NCBI GenBank assembly: GCA_011109175.1
Contig: RDEW01000010.1
Span: forward strand, 1,226,281 to 1,290,280
From: Dicyema japonicum
Lineage: Eukaryota; Animalia; Dicyemida
Direction of reading: 5' to 3'
DNA: 64,000 nt
Under the pieces are notes generated by a model. That model saw only the letters and a program-made list of their open reading frames with translations. It had not been told where the DNA came from and ran no database searches. The position numbers were made by a program, and so were the translations under genes. How positions within the stretch are numbered: position 1 is the stretch's first letter; each line of letters opens with the position of its first letter. Shown here piece by piece: positions 1 to 12,804 of the stretch.

Positions 1-546
1 CGTCATATTACAGTTAGCGAGCAACAGCCGAATTTGTACGATTTCCAGGAGAAGAGGGCCCTCTCAAAATTGTATTTTGGATTTTTCATAGTAAGGAGTG
101 GATTTTATGTTTCAGTACCTTTACTACCTTGAATTATTGAACAACGTGAACATGGTAGTGATTTTGGAGAAAGACTTCATAGAAACTCGCTTCTCAGTCA
201 CTCTTCCATTTATCACGACTGAGAACAACATTGCTGATAAATTGCTGGTTTCCATCAAATTTTTATTTTTGACGACCAAACGACGCTTGGAGGTGGTATT
301 TAAGGAAGAACCCTGTGATTTGCTAAAAATGGCTTCGGATTTTGCTAACATTCCCCAAAATTTAAATGTAGCCAGAAAGTAGTTATTTATAGTCAGATCT
401 AATCAAAATTGCTAGAAACTTTAAACTCGCCATTTTGGCGGAAATGGAAGATAAAGTACTTTGCTTGTACATTTTAGGGGCCAGATTTGAATGATATCAG
501 GTTTATTTTTGATAAATATTTGTACTTTACATATAAAAAAGAATAA
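1..546 (+). CDS. 3' part of an unidentified intron-containing gene
   Basis: ORF 98-382 can be extended through 22-25 nt GT-AG introns (e.g. gtactttgcttgtacattttag) to a TAA at ~544-546 before an AT island; no family recognised. Confidence 0.3.
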
Positions 547-2098
547 AGTTTTTGATTATCATTTATTTTTTGTATATAAAATTTAAAAAAATAAGACTTG
601 CATCCTCATTTTTTTCCAGGGGTAAAAATAATAGCTATCGAGATAGACTCTAAAAATATCCAGTCTTACGCAGATCGTTAGGGACTCTTTGGATCATGGA
701 GATATTTATTAGACTAAACTCCAAGTTGAGATGGAGGCCTTGAAAGTTGTTATTAGGTGATTAAATTCTCTGAAGAAAAGATGACTTGGGCGATTTCAAG
801 ATTTAACTCCAAGAAAAAGGAAATTAGGTGATTTCGATTTCAATGATTCTTCACATGCTTCAGCTCAGCTACTTCTTAATAAATATAAATGAATTTTTTT
901 TATTACAAAAAATAAGTAAAGTTAAACTTGAGAGACAGTCGAAATACCATGGGTAATCCGACAAAAAGCCAGGACTTTTCATTGAGACCTTCATCACTCA
1001 CTCAACTCTTAATCTTGACTCTTCTTCACCAGAGTCGCCTTCACTGGTCTCAATAGTTTTTCTTGGGCTTTATTCAACTTTGTTCCGAATTTCATAGGGA
1101 GAGGAAACATAGTGGTGCATGGCTTTTCATGCAAGGTAATTTACGTTAAATATTTTGTAAAATTACTGGTAAAAATACGTTTTTTATTAATGAAAATTAA
1201 AATCATAATTATATTAGTTCAAAGACAAAACCTAATTTAATTAAAAAATAAATAAATATTTATTTAATTTTTATATAAATTTAAATAAATTCTTAATAAT
1301 ATCGAAATGAATCATTTAATAGGTCAGGTCATTTTAATTTTTCAGCTCTTTCACTTGTCTAATCGTCTTCATTATTAAAGTTGAAGGGAGGACATGGATT
1401 GCCACAGACTCTTTTAATCACATTAGAGCTTTGCTGCATGTTCAATATTATTTAAAAATTCTAAAAATCAAATGAAAGCTCATTTTGGCAATAGAGCAGT
1501 TTTTAGTTTGACAGAGAAAAGCAAATCTAAAACTTTTGCAGTTTTGACCGAGAAGACTTATAAGTTAATATTTAAACTTGAGGTTGAACATAATGTAGTC
1601 AAAATAAGTCACATTATACTCAAAAATGATACTGGTAAGTATTTAGGTTTAATTTAGCTGTATTGCTTCATAAAATGCTTAAATTGACTCATCAAGTAGG
1701 CGAATATTGTCATTGCTGTAAATTAATATTGAAGAATGATCACTGTATTCTTGTACTGAGGAATTTCAAAATTCAATTTCTAAGAAATGATGGAATTACA
1801 AGTTCACTGGGAAAGGTTTACTTTAACTAATCTTAGACGGTCAATGCGACTGTTCAGTGTCGAATCTGCCAAATAGAAAATCAATCAAAGCTCATAACGG
1901 GAAGCACAAATATATCGTAAAAGCTAAATCTAACAACTACTAACCGTTTCGTTCCTTCATGCTAATATATGGGTTGGGAGAGTTCTAGTTAGTCGATATG
2001 AGTCTACTTGAGATACATTAAGTTTTTTTTCTTAATCAGCTGAATTATATTTAAAATTATATTTAGGTGACTGTAAACTCGATTAGTGAAATTTGTGC

Positions 2099-2517
2099 TG
2101 GCAGATTTCTTAGACACATGGCCTTGAACGAAGTCGTTAGGCGAGCTTTGGACGCCGCCGAACATTCCTCCATGCTCGAACCAGTCGGTCTTTGCGGGCG
2201 TGACAAAAACGACCAGATGGGATGACAATCTTCTTTTTTGAAGCCGGGAAACCTCTTTTCTGGGACGTCAGCTGCACTGGCACTTTTTACCCTTGCAACC
2301 TACTTCAGAGTGCCTCTGGAGCTGTTCTGCCGCTGAGAGGGCTGAGAGGTTGAAACTGGCAAAGTACACGGTTCTACCCAATAATTTTTTGTTCGTGAAT
2401 CCCTCAATGAATCGTATTTCTACACGATCAGGAGACCCCCGTGTTTGTTGCTGGTTATTTAAGCGAATCTCGCTCGCTATCCTGAAAGGGAATGGCAACA
2501 CAGTCGGGGGCCGCTAA
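2099..2517 (+). mobile_element. CRE-like non-LTR retroelement 3' fragment (RLE domain), frameshifted
   Basis: Translates [71 protein letters not shown]: PD-(D/E)xK RLE C-terminus. Confidence 0.8.
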
Positions 2518-3100
2518 ATGACCATTTGCTCATTTTTTTCATATTTAAAAAAATTATGATTATTAAAAAATAATTATTTGACTAATATATAAAAACTAGG
2601 TCATGTGAATTTTCTAATAAAAACTGTCATTTAAAATATTACCTAAAAACTGTCATTTAAAGCAGTAAACAGTCAATAATTCGCGTGGCGCCTTGTGGTG
2701 CTACATGGATAGTTTGTCAAAATTATTCTCCTTCCTTCCGATGGCGTCACTGGATCCACCTTACAGAGGAGGCGCCCAATGCCTGGCCGGCATCAAGAGG
2801 GTCCAACAATTCTTCCCCGAGGACAACGTCGTTACCTGGTGACAAGTTCTGAAATGCTGGAACGAGTCAGGGTCGAGGAGATAGTTAGTTTGGTTTCTCT
2901 TGGTCTTTGGAAATAATTACCAGGGAATTTACTGAGATTTATTATTCTCTCCAACTTTATTTGTACGTTTTACCTTAGTCAATCTACCAAAGCATCGGAC
3001 AATGTCTTTATCTGTTCTCGAGCAACAGTCTAATGCCTTGCCATTGATGTATCTTTTCAATGTTTTTGGTTTATAATTCGTTTTGAGGTCATCTAATTAC

Positions 3101-3232
3101 TGCAGATTTCTCAGAGGTCTTGAACGAAGTCGTTGAGAGGGTGAAACTGCCAAAGTACTCGGTCCTACCCAATGATTTTTGTTCGTGAATCCCCCAATGA
3201 ATCGGATTTCTACAGGATCAGGACACCCCCGT
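3101..3232 (+). mobile_element. Internally deleted copy of the 2099-2517 RLE fragment
   Basis: Matches ~2099-2140 joined directly to ~2343-2440. Confidence 0.75.
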
Positions 3233-3639
3233 GGAAATCCTTAAAGTGGAGTGGGATCAAATGAACCTTTTTCATGCCAGTCTGGAAATAGGTGCCACCT
3301 TAGAAAGGTGGATCACACGACGCCACTCTATAGGAAGGGGAAGAAAAAAAACAGTCAAAACAAACAGAAAACATCAAACAAACTAGCATCGTAGCACCAC
3401 GGGGAGATAAAAAATGTTTCTTAGTAAAACTTTCATTATAAAAAATTATTAATAATATTAAAATTACATTTAGTACATATTTTTATTTAAAATATTAATT
3501 ATAAAACATGTATCTAATCTAACACGTGATACCTTGGAAAAAATTAGGATCTACTGTGCTAGTTAGTACTGTGGTCTCTAAATGTGTTCATTGTCAGGTA
3601 TCAAATATAGTAATTTTAGTCAAAACGATTGCTTGCAAC

Positions 3640-4010
3640 TAAACCTGAAATTCGGCAATCATTGCTTATGCTCCAAGAGATCGGTACATTGTAGATCTTG
3701 TTGATTTACTTCGATATTCTTCTCAAAATGAAAACCATGGTTCTTATAGACTTTTTTTTCTTAGTTTGCTGTTGTTGAAAATGCCTTCACCAAATCTGGA
3801 AGTGAGATATCCTGAATGCTAAAGAATTTTTTTTCTTATTGGACCGCCTACTATCCTACATACGGATGATGGCAAGGAATTCAAACATAGCACATGCAAG
3901 AGTTATGCGATAAATTTGCCATTTCGCATGTTACAGGACGTCAACGAGCTCCTTGGATACATGGACAAGCAGAGCGGTTTTTTCTCAATAGATTTAATTA
4001 ATCAATTAAA
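3640..4010 (+). mobile_element. Degenerate rve integrase core (Ginger/Gypsy-like)
   Basis: Frameshifted IIAYAPRDRYIVDLVDL..; IGPPTILHTDDGKEF..; KFAISHVTGRQRAPWIHGQAER. Confidence 0.65.
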
Positions 4011-4523
4011 AGATGAGTTTCTTCCACGAGTTCATCCAAGGGAAATTTTGGAAGTTAACTATTGTTGACCAGGACGAAGAGGACGAGTTCATATTAGTCG
4101 AGCTAAAAAATGTTGACCTTTGAAATTTTTTAAGATGTGTTTTTTTTTAAATTGGATTACTTTTTTGATTACTAACATTACTTGGGTTAGGGTTAGAGTT
4201 GATTTAAAATAGTTTAGCTTGCAGATTGCAATTTTTGAAGAAAATCGTGGTGAAATTTCTGATTATGTTTTTTTCTCACGGACGAGTCATTTTTGTTATA
4301 ACTGTTATATTTGCATCCATCGTAGTTGGCTCTCTACATCAACGTCTTGCTTTTCTAGATGAAAACAGCAATGTGGATTCTGACCTGACTTTTAATCATG
4401 AAATTTTTGTTGATTTTGACACTTGAAGTATTACGGACTCGGGGATCCATTGACTCCATAAATGCCGAAAATTAACTCATTTTAATATTTTAAACTAAGA
4501 ATATCTTCAAACACATTTTTTTC

Positions 4524-4563
4524 GCGGGCCGGACTATTAATTTTTGATTTAACAAGATATTTG
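4524..4563 (-). mobile_element. Isolated hAT subterminal fragment
   Basis: cgcgggccggactattaatttttgatttaacaagatatttga matches the end of the hAT element at ~7166-7203. Confidence 0.5.
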
Positions 4564-4599
4564 AAAATGAAAATAAATTAAAACAGCAGGTTATGGAAT

Positions 4600-6960
4600 A
4601 GGTATCTATCAGTCCGCCGGTTGGCCTGGACTGTTCATCCGGGTACCCCTTTTCCTTAAAATCCATCCATTTACTTGTCTACCTAGTTACACATTTTGAT
4701 TTGAATATCTACCCTTACTGTTTTCTTCCTCAGTCAGGCCTTCGTTCAATTTCTTCCCAAGGGATAGTTTGATCGCCGCTCGCCTTGTTTTCTCTAGTCG
4801 GGCGAGAATCTTCACTCTCGAGGGTCGTCGTAAATAAGTCTGGGAAGAGTCACATTCCGAAAGACAAAGAGCATGGTATCAACATCCAACCTTAGTCTTC
4901 TAGTGCAGAACAATGCTTGCACAGCCTTCTTCCTTCGCTCTTCGATGTCCTTCAGGTATGATTTTCTCCCATCTACTGCAATCCCCAGGTATTTCAGGGA
5001 TGAAACTCTCGGTGTACGAAGAGTGTAGGACTCTTCCTGATGCCTACCCGGCCTGCTTATCCTCAAGTAACTGGATTTTTCCGTGGAGAGTTTCGTGCCT
5101 CTCCGATCGCACCAACCCTGGACTTTGTCGATAAAAGCTCCTAGTCGCCGCTCTGAGAGGTATGCCTTCAGAGACGAATCCAGGATTAAGATGTCGTCCG
5201 CGTATATCATCAACTTGGTCCTGACGTCTTGCGGTGACGGAAAATCTTCCATAAATACGTTGAATAACAGGGGGAGATGGCACTCCCCTTTTAAGCGATA
5301 TACCATCAGAATATCTTCCACCGACTACCACGTGAGATATCCTCCCAGTCAAATAGTCTTTCAACCATAGGAACATTTGTTTAGATATCTTTGATCGTAC
5401 AAGTTGACAAAATAAGGCTTTGTGCCATACACTGTCGATGCCTTTGAGATGTCAAGGCAAACAAGGCTCAACTGGCTTTTCTTCTAAAATGCATTTGTAA
5501 TTTCGTAGTTTAGTGAGTAAATACAATTTCCGCACGATCTTCCCGGACGGAAACCTCATTGGAAAGGTCGTAGAAAGTTACTCTCTTCTATATACCGATT
5601 CAATCTCTTGAATACAATCCGTTCCATAATCTTTGATGTAGAACATATAAGCTTATTGGCCTATAACTAAGAGGATCCTTCCTCGACTTTCCAGGTTTGT
5701 GGATCATCTTCACAATAGAACGCTTCCATAACGGAGGAACATGTCCGAGCTTAAAACTCGAGTTATACATCTTTTGTAGAACAAATAGTAGTTCATCGGA
5801 CCCTTCTTTAAACATAATCATCGGAATGCTGTCGAATCCAGGAGCCTTTTTTTGCACTCGCGTATAGCAGTTCTGACTTCTGCCAGAGTGATTTCCTCTA
5901 CCAGACTTCGCCCATAGAGTGATCCATAGAATTAGATATCTCCTCTGAAAATTTCTTAGGTATAATACTAACAGGGTCAACTCCCTGTATATTTTCCACT
6001 TGTTTTCTAATACTGAAGGTACTCTTTCCAAGGGAATTGTCCTTCCCTCTTGATCGGCAAGCACAATATTTTTTGCCTTTAAATTTCCATCAGTTAGCCT
6101 TCTGTACATTTTCCAGAAACAAGGGTTCTTCCAGTTAACTTTCGAGGCTGCATTCTTCAATTTATTTTCGGCGTTTACTTTCCAAGTTTTTGTGATATTT
6201 TTTGAATCACATCAATTCTACTTTTCAGAGTTGTCCTGTCACAAATCAACACATCGTCTGTGCTTCGCCTTCAGAGTATTCCTCTCGCGAATAAGATTCC
6301 GTAATGAAGGTGGGCAAGACTGTTTGTTCTTCAGAAAGCTCTTGGAGTAGACCTTCTTTCCATATAGTCATAGATACATCAGCATAGTATTGGATAGTTC
6401 CCAGTTAAAAACGTCCAGGTGTAGAAAAAAATGAGTCTTATTAGTACGGTCTTCGACAAATAATGGCGATAATGTCCCCAGTCTATCGACGAGGTATCAA
6501 AGAATAAGAAAATACCTTCAGCAATGTTCGACTCCAGGTTTATAGTTACTTCCTGAGGGATATGATCACTCCCTATGTCCCAAAGTAATTTTGGTCTGTC
6601 TACATGATCCAGGAGTTGTGGAGACACTAGAGCCAATCCAAGCATGTCACCGCCATAGTGTGAGAAATGGTTAGGTTCCTCAGACGTCAAGACTTCAACT
6701 CCAATTTCGCTAACCAGATCTGCTAGGAGTCGCCCGTCCCCGTTGTTTTTGCAACATCCGTAGCTCGTATTCTTAGCATTCAGGTCTCCTACCAAGATCG
6801 ACATAGGGTTTGTTTCGAAAAATTGAACAATTTTCGCAGAGATCGAGTCATGTCCTTAGAGTAGCCCTCCCACGCTTATCCATGTCCCTCCACATTGTAT
6901 ATCGACGGACACAAATTCCGATTCGTCGGCCAATACAGTTGTTCAGACGTGCAATAATTT
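4600..6960 (-). mobile_element. Degenerate Jockey/I-like LINE ORF2 (APE endonuclease + RT)
   Basis: ORFs 6379-6804 (ILVGDLNAK..SDHIP), 5600-6160 (KAPGFDSI..SYRPISL), 4812-5376 (KRGVP, YADD, LKYLGI); several frameshifts. Confidence 0.9.
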
Positions 6961-6978
6961 CATTTAGCTCCCGAGACA

Positions 6979-7164
6979 CCGTCTCGGAGACTACTGCCTT
7001 GTTCTGCTTAAGTTTCCATGTAGCACTCCGCTCCACCACCCATCCTGAGTATGTAATATATTGGTCCTCATCATCTCTTGTGTTTGCTTGACCGCTTCTG
7101 AGATACCGTCTCGGAAACTTCTGACTTGCTCTGCATAAGTTTCCTTGTAGCACTCCGCTCCACC
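6979..7164. repeat. Diverged direct duplication, ~58-nt unit at ~128-nt spacing
   Basis: ccgtctcgga..gtagcactccgctccacc occurs at ~6979-7037 and ~7107-7164. Confidence 0.7.
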
Positions 7165-7165
7165 G

Positions 7166-8527
7166 GCGGGACTATTAATTTGTGATTTAACAGGATATTT
7201 GATTCATACCATGATTTTTATAATATTTTGAAATTTTTTTATAATTTAAAAACATTTAACAACATATTTATTATTTTTTAAATTAAAATATGTTCCTGAA
7301 ACTTGACATCTTTTTTTCTTCATAATAGCGTCATATCTCGTGTTAAATCCGAGTTACCGTCAATCTTAGAATTTCATTTAGATGAGTGTGTGAGCCTTAA
7401 ACGAAATCTTGTTTTGTTTATGTTCATTAAAGAGATCAGTTGTTCACATTGATATGTACTCCCAAACATGGGCAAAATCATCGCAGCTAGGGCTGTTAAG
7501 TTGGGATACTCTGGCAAGAGATATTTATAAAAGCTGCCTAAGCCCACCATGGTGAATTTATTTTTCAGATCTGAGTCATATTTCAAATCAATAATTTCCA
7601 GTTGTAGGCTGGCTGGAAGATGAGCAATATTTGCAGTAAATGGCATCGAAAAACAGTAAATTCATTTTCAAATTCACGGAAAATTTCAAAACGTGTCGTA
7701 GCAATCCTGTAATTTTCTCTTTATACCGATTTATGTCACATTAGATGTGGTGGAAATTACACTTTTTAAACAAGAAAAATTCTCAGGGTTTCCCACTGTC
7801 AATTGCGTCTCCCATAACATTAGTTTCATAGTGAAAGCTTGTTTGTATTCGAAATAATGTGTAAAAACTTTATTTCGGCCTTGCAAACTTTTGTTAAGTG
7901 TGTTCAGGTGTTCTGAAATATCCACCAAAAAAGCTAAATATAGCAACCAATCAAGAGATTCCAATTCTGGTAATGGTTTGTTCTTTGTAAACATGAATAT
8001 ATATTGAAGCTGCCACTTTTTTGAAAGATCTGCATTTGGTATCAACTTTACGTTTTGTTGAAAAAGACAATTTCACAAGACCAGAAAAACAATTATATGT
8101 CGTGAGAGTGATTGAGCGCTGAGCGTGATGACAGGTGCCAACATCTGTCATGTTAATTGAAAATTAATCAATACTTAAGTTTTGAAATAATTTGTGCATT
8201 TTTATATAAAATCATTATTTTTACTGATAGAAATCAATCTTAGGTGATAATAATTATATTATGTCGAGAGCGCAGAGAGTGATCCATCACTGTCAATTAT
8301 CGTAAAAAAATAAAATAATCCTCATGCACTGGAGATCTCCGCGAACGCCGCTGGCTGTTTGAGCTAATTTCGCTCGCAATTCTGAGAGGGAACAGCCACG
8401 CAGTGAGGGCGGCAGCTAACTGATGTTTTGTCCTTTTTTTATTTGATATAAAAATAAAAAAATACTTTTAAACTTATGTCGCGGGCCATATGAGACCATG
8501 AAGTGGGCCGTATCTTTGACATTCCTG
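7166..8527 (-). mobile_element. hAT (Charlie/SPIN/GTF2IRD2-like) transposon, internally deleted
   Basis: ORFs 7731-8045 (DWLLYLAFLVDISEHLNTLNKSLQG) and 7374-7646 (MFGSTYQCEQL dimerisation domain); TIR-like end tttgacattcctg at 8515-8527 with gcgggcc subterminal motifs; other terminus missing. Confidence 0.85.
8325..8423 (+). mobile_element. CRE-like RLE 3' tip nested in the hAT element
   Basis: TGDLRERRWLFELISLAILRGNSHAVRAAAN* followed by an AT-rich tail. Confidence 0.8.
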
Positions 8528-8651
8528 TATTAAATGATTAGTTTCGATGTTATTCAGAATTTATTTAAATTTATATAAAAAATTAATAAATATTTATTTA
8601 TTTTTTTAAATTTATAAAAGTATTTATGAGTCATAAACTATGAATTTCTGC

Positions 8652-10127
8652 ATTAATTAACAAAATTTTTAAAGATTAAAGAATACTGACTATTTATGCC
8701 AAATACAAAAATTTGGAAATGATGGTTATCTCGAGAATTGAGGATTTGGTCACCGTAAAATACGATTTGCTAATGTATGTAGTTTTTTTATTTTCTAGAT
8801 TTTTCGTTGTCTCTATTTTTGTCTGCTTTATCGTTAATCTGTTACTATTTCAGTCATCGGTTGTCTGGGTGTAGGTTGGTGGGGCTTGTTAACTTCTAAG
8901 CGCAGGGTTTTTGATCCAACAGTATGTTTACCTCAAAGGCTTTGAACTGATCCTTGGCCGGTCCCATTCACCTCAAATTTGGAATCTTATGACAAATATT
9001 ACAACATAAGTCTTATTTCTGCCATTGTATTGGGACTGATTGACCTGATTTTTGTCCTCATAATTTTTGGTTGCTACAAATCAATCAGAATTCGGGCTCA
9101 GCTCATAAAGAAGAGTTCCAAGTATTGGATAGACTTCTTAAAATTAGGGCACTCCGTTACATTTTGGGGTATTTTGTGGGCATTAATTCCTATGGTGGGA
9201 ATAGCTATAGTTACCTTATTTTGCTTCGCCACTGCTGCGTAGCATTCCACGTGAACCTTAGGTATCTCCAAACCAGTGGAAGGCGAGTCTCCGAACAAGC
9301 AAGAATGAGCGCGAACTGGTAATGCATCTAAATGTGGCGATCAACGTCATTCATCGGTTTCTCAAAAAAGTGGCATTTACGTATACTTGAATTTGTAGTT
9401 TAGATGTCGACCGTATTACTCTGTCTACATATCGATCACGTGGTTCTGGATGAGTCAGTTCATTGATGACTTTTCACGTGCGTGATTAGTGGCTCGTTTA
9501 GTCAATATTATTGGGTTTAAATAAGTCTGAGGATATTTCAATGTTTCCGTCGTTAAGTCTTTCTTCATCGTTTTGCGGTTTTCACTGCAAATTTTTACAA
9601 TTAGGTATCACCTTGGGTCCGTGGCCTTTGGATCCTTCACTATTGCTCTGGTCACATTCTTCAGAACTTGTCTCGACTACACGTCAAAACAACTGAAATT
9701 TGCCAATAAATTTGTCAACTCAACATTCCAGTAACGATTTTGGTTAAATTTGGTAGAAGTTTCAAAAGTCGTTTAGTTGTAATATTTGTCATAAGAATCC
9801 AAATTTGGGGTGAATGGGACCGGCCAAGGATCAGTTCCAATGCCTTTGTGGTAAACATACTGTTGGATCAAATACCCTGCGCCTAGAAGTTAACAAGTTC
9901 TACCAACCTACTCCCAGACAACCGATGACTGAAATAGTAACAGAATAACGATAAAGCAGACAAAAATGGAGACAACGAAGAATCTAGAAAATAAAAAACT
10001 ACATTCATTAGCAAATCGTATTTTACGGTGACCAAATCCTCAATTCTCCAGATAACCATCATTTCCAAATTTTTGTATTTGGCATAATTATTCAGCATTC
10101 TTTAATCTAAAAATTTTGTTAATTAAT
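8652..10127. repeat. Inverted repeat: arms 8652-9005 and 9776-10127, ~770-bp spacer
   Basis: Arms align as reverse complements over ~350 nt with scattered mismatches. Confidence 0.95.
8700..9720 (+). pseudogene. SLC44: Choline transporter-like (SLC44/CTL) internal gene fragment with introns and frameshifts
   Basis: WFWMSQFI..ISGSFSQYYW..DISMF..VVKSFFIVLR|YHLGSVAFGSFTIALVTFFRTCLDY matches the CTL RYHLGSLAFG region; both ends truncated. Confidence 0.75.
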
Positions 10128-10756
10128 ACATAAATACGGCCATTTAAACGCTATAAACGTTGAGATGGGTGGTAAGCCTGCGAATAGTTTGGAAGATCTT
10201 AAAAATTTCTGACTTCCGAGTGAAATTTTGAGGAAGCTTTGGAAATCTTCAGAACTATTTCTTTTCAACACTGGTTTGTTACTCCTCTTAGGAATATCAA
10301 AGAATTTATCAGTTGAAGTTGATTTACTCTTTATTTTAGTTGAAGGGATTGATTGACATTTGTGAGTACATTCTTGGACTCTCAATTGAGTTGCATCGTG
10401 AGAGACTATCCAATGAATCACTTTCTGATAATAAACGATAATGTGAGATAGCTCTCTATTTCGTCAACTGCACTCTCCAGCAGTCTCATCAAATAATTAG
10501 ATTGATACAAGTCATGGACCCTACTTATAATTTAAAAAACTATAAAACGGTCATTCACCTGGCTAATAGACTGATTAAGCTTCCCCCCTCACGAAAATGA
10601 AAATCCGGTGACATTATGACCTAACCGTTATAGGCATGGGCAATCATACCTGATAGCAGCAAAGACCCGGTAGATACTGTTCCTATTGATTACCTGACCC
10701 CATATGCGGGGTTATAAGCTACATCCCAGTATTTAGTAGTAAATGTTGTCTCACAC

Positions 10757-10813
10757 TTTTAAACTTATGGCGCGGGCCATTTGAGACCGCGGGCCGTATC
10801 TTTGACATCCCTG
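10757..10813 (-). mobile_element. Solo hAT terminus
   Basis: Near-identical to 8466-8527; ends tttgacatccctg (reverse complement CAGGGATGTCAAA). Confidence 0.8.
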
Positions 10814-11024
10814 CTCTAACTATTCCGATGAAGCTTTTATGCCGGGTAATTAGCACATTTCATCGAGAAATTGATTTTTCTTAAAAGTTGCAAACCTCTT
10901 ATGTTCTCCGTGCAGCCAGTTGACTAGTTCACTAAAACTTTTTGTTGGATTTTTATTCAACATAATACATCATGTTCTTAGAGCAGCCAATGTACTACCT
11001 CACTCAGACATTTTGTTTCATTTT

Positions 11025-11322
11025 TACGACCTCACAGACCCACTTATCGAAGGCTTTGACCCACTAGGATATCAGTATACACGTGATTTGACGTATCTAC
11101 TCCAGTAATTCACAGCATTTGCCAGTCTCTGCTCGTCCGTGTTCAATTTATCCTGAGAGTTCCCCCACTGGTGACTCAACTCCAGTCTCTGCTCGTCCGG
11201 GTTTAATGTACCCAGAGAGTTCCCCAACATATAATATGGATGATTTGAAAGAGGAGTACTTTGGAGATGAGACAAAGCCTAAGCATGATATTCCCGAGTG
11301 GCAAGTTCATGTTAGCATGTGA
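11025..11322 (+). pseudogene. Unknown ORF family member with tandem 63-nt (21-aa) repeat
   Basis: PVSARPCSIYPESSPTGDST-PVSARPGLMYPESSPT; paralogous to 12275-12745 (-); internal stop and frameshift. Confidence 0.45.
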
Positions 11323-11709
11323 GTGGGCGATATTACTGCTTTGTGTGAAAGACAAAAAATTCGGATATAAGGACTGTTTTTAAGGAGTTGGATATTAATG
11401 ATACTGTTTGTATGACTCTTGAATCGCTTTATTGTCTGGTTCAGTATTTTTTAGGTCACTGATAAGTAGGCCACTGAGAGAAGCAGAGATTAATGGATGT
11501 GTCTTTTTTTCAACAAATTGTGGTTATTCATGGTTTTAAGTAATAAATTGAATGTCACGTGATTATTATGCATAAACTGCTTTATGGATGGGAGATTGTA
11601 TCAACTAGAATGTGAATCGTTAAAACTTAGTGAAAGTTAAATTATTACTCATCATTTAACAAAGCTTATATTTTTCACATTTACATTTTTATTCAAATGA
11701 CATTTGATT

Positions 11710-11860
11710 TGGGTCGAATCCAAAGATGGAGTTTTCAGCGAAGGTCTATTCTCTTCGAACAGATCTCACCCGTCCGAGTCCTTCTAGCAAACACAATAGT
11801 TGAAAGGGATCTTCCAACCTTCTCCCTGACCAAATCCACTTTGAAGATTACGCTTCCGCC
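11710..11860 (+). mobile_element. tRNA-derived SINE, 5' part
   Basis: gggtcgaatccaaagatggagttttcag..gttgaaagggatctt.. aligns with the full copy at 33904-34350. Confidence 0.7.
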
Positions 11861-12274
11861 GAATCTGTCCATTTAATAAATTTAGTGTATTTTTAACAAA
11901 TCTTTAGTTAGGATACCGGAGAACCTGGAAGTAGGAGTAGGGTGGACATCAATCACTTATTTCAAGAGTTCAAAATGTAGAATAATGGGATTTATACATC
12001 AATGCTTCCATCAAGCAGCTCTCCTGGGTTCACCGTGGATGAACCCACGACGGAATTCTCAGTGGAGTTGTCTGCTACATTTCAACCCCAAATCGAGATC
12101 TTACAAAAGCCGTACTCTCATTTACTGAGATGTTCTCTGAATACATGAATTCTACAGTAACTCACCTCGTGCTTTCTCGGGTTGGCTTGTTTTGCACGGT
12201 AGAATTACTCGTGTGCGGAGAATGTTTCAGTGGTCTCCTGATTGGATATTCAGGTAATAATCGAGACTGATGCT

Positions 12275-12745
12275 TTAGAGTAAATCGAAGAATACACGTG
12301 TCAACGAGACTGCCGCTCCAGTGAGATCTCCCACGTTTCTATACCAATATGTGCGAATTGATAGATAGTTGTAGTACCAAATGTCATCAGAAGTCTCGAG
12401 GGGTGGTTTTAGACACGAAACAGTATGTGGAAGTCTGCATGCATTCGATTGCCGGTTCCCTCTCACGAACATGGAGACTCTGTCGTGCATTCCTGGGGGT
12501 AAGTGGGTCCTGAGAGTTTCTTTTTTTATGCATGCAAATCTGCCTCGTTTATTATTGAAGTCTATTGTTGTTGATTTCATAGGAGTTGAGTCACCAGTGG
12601 GGGAACTCTTAGGATAAATTAAACCCGGACGAGCAGAGACTGCCAAATTCGGTGGATTCTGGCGTAGATACGTAAAATCACGTGTATGCTGATGGTTTTG
12701 ATATCCTAGGGGGCCTTTGATGGTTGGGTCTGTGAGGTCATAGTT
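12275..12745 (-). CDS. Unknown open reading frame, paralog of 11025-11322
   Basis: Open frame YDLTDPTIKGPLGYQ..TRDFTYLRQNPPNLAVSARPGLIYPKSSPTGDSTP..FFDLL*. Confidence 0.35.
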   Translation of the reverse strand, partial: NYDLTDPTIKGPLGYQNHQHTRDFTYLRQNPPNLAVSARPGLIYPKSSPTGDSTPMKSTTIDFNNKRGRFACIKKETLRTHLPPGMHDRVSMFVRGNRQSNACRLPHTVSCLKPPLETSDDIWYYNYLSIRTYWYRNVGDLTGAAVSLTRVFFDLL

Positions 12746-12804
12746 GATTCTGCCACAGAGGACCTGGCTCTTTCCGGCTTGAATTTTACAGCAACTCTGA
12801 CAAG

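Noticed and set aside
4184-4200. Telomeric repeat GGGTTAGGGTTAG
   Set aside because: Only about two units; expected by chance
11116-11215. CRISPR-like or other repeat-spacer array
   Set aside because: A contiguous 63-nt coding tandem with no unique spacers; no arrays or cas genes seen anywhere in the window
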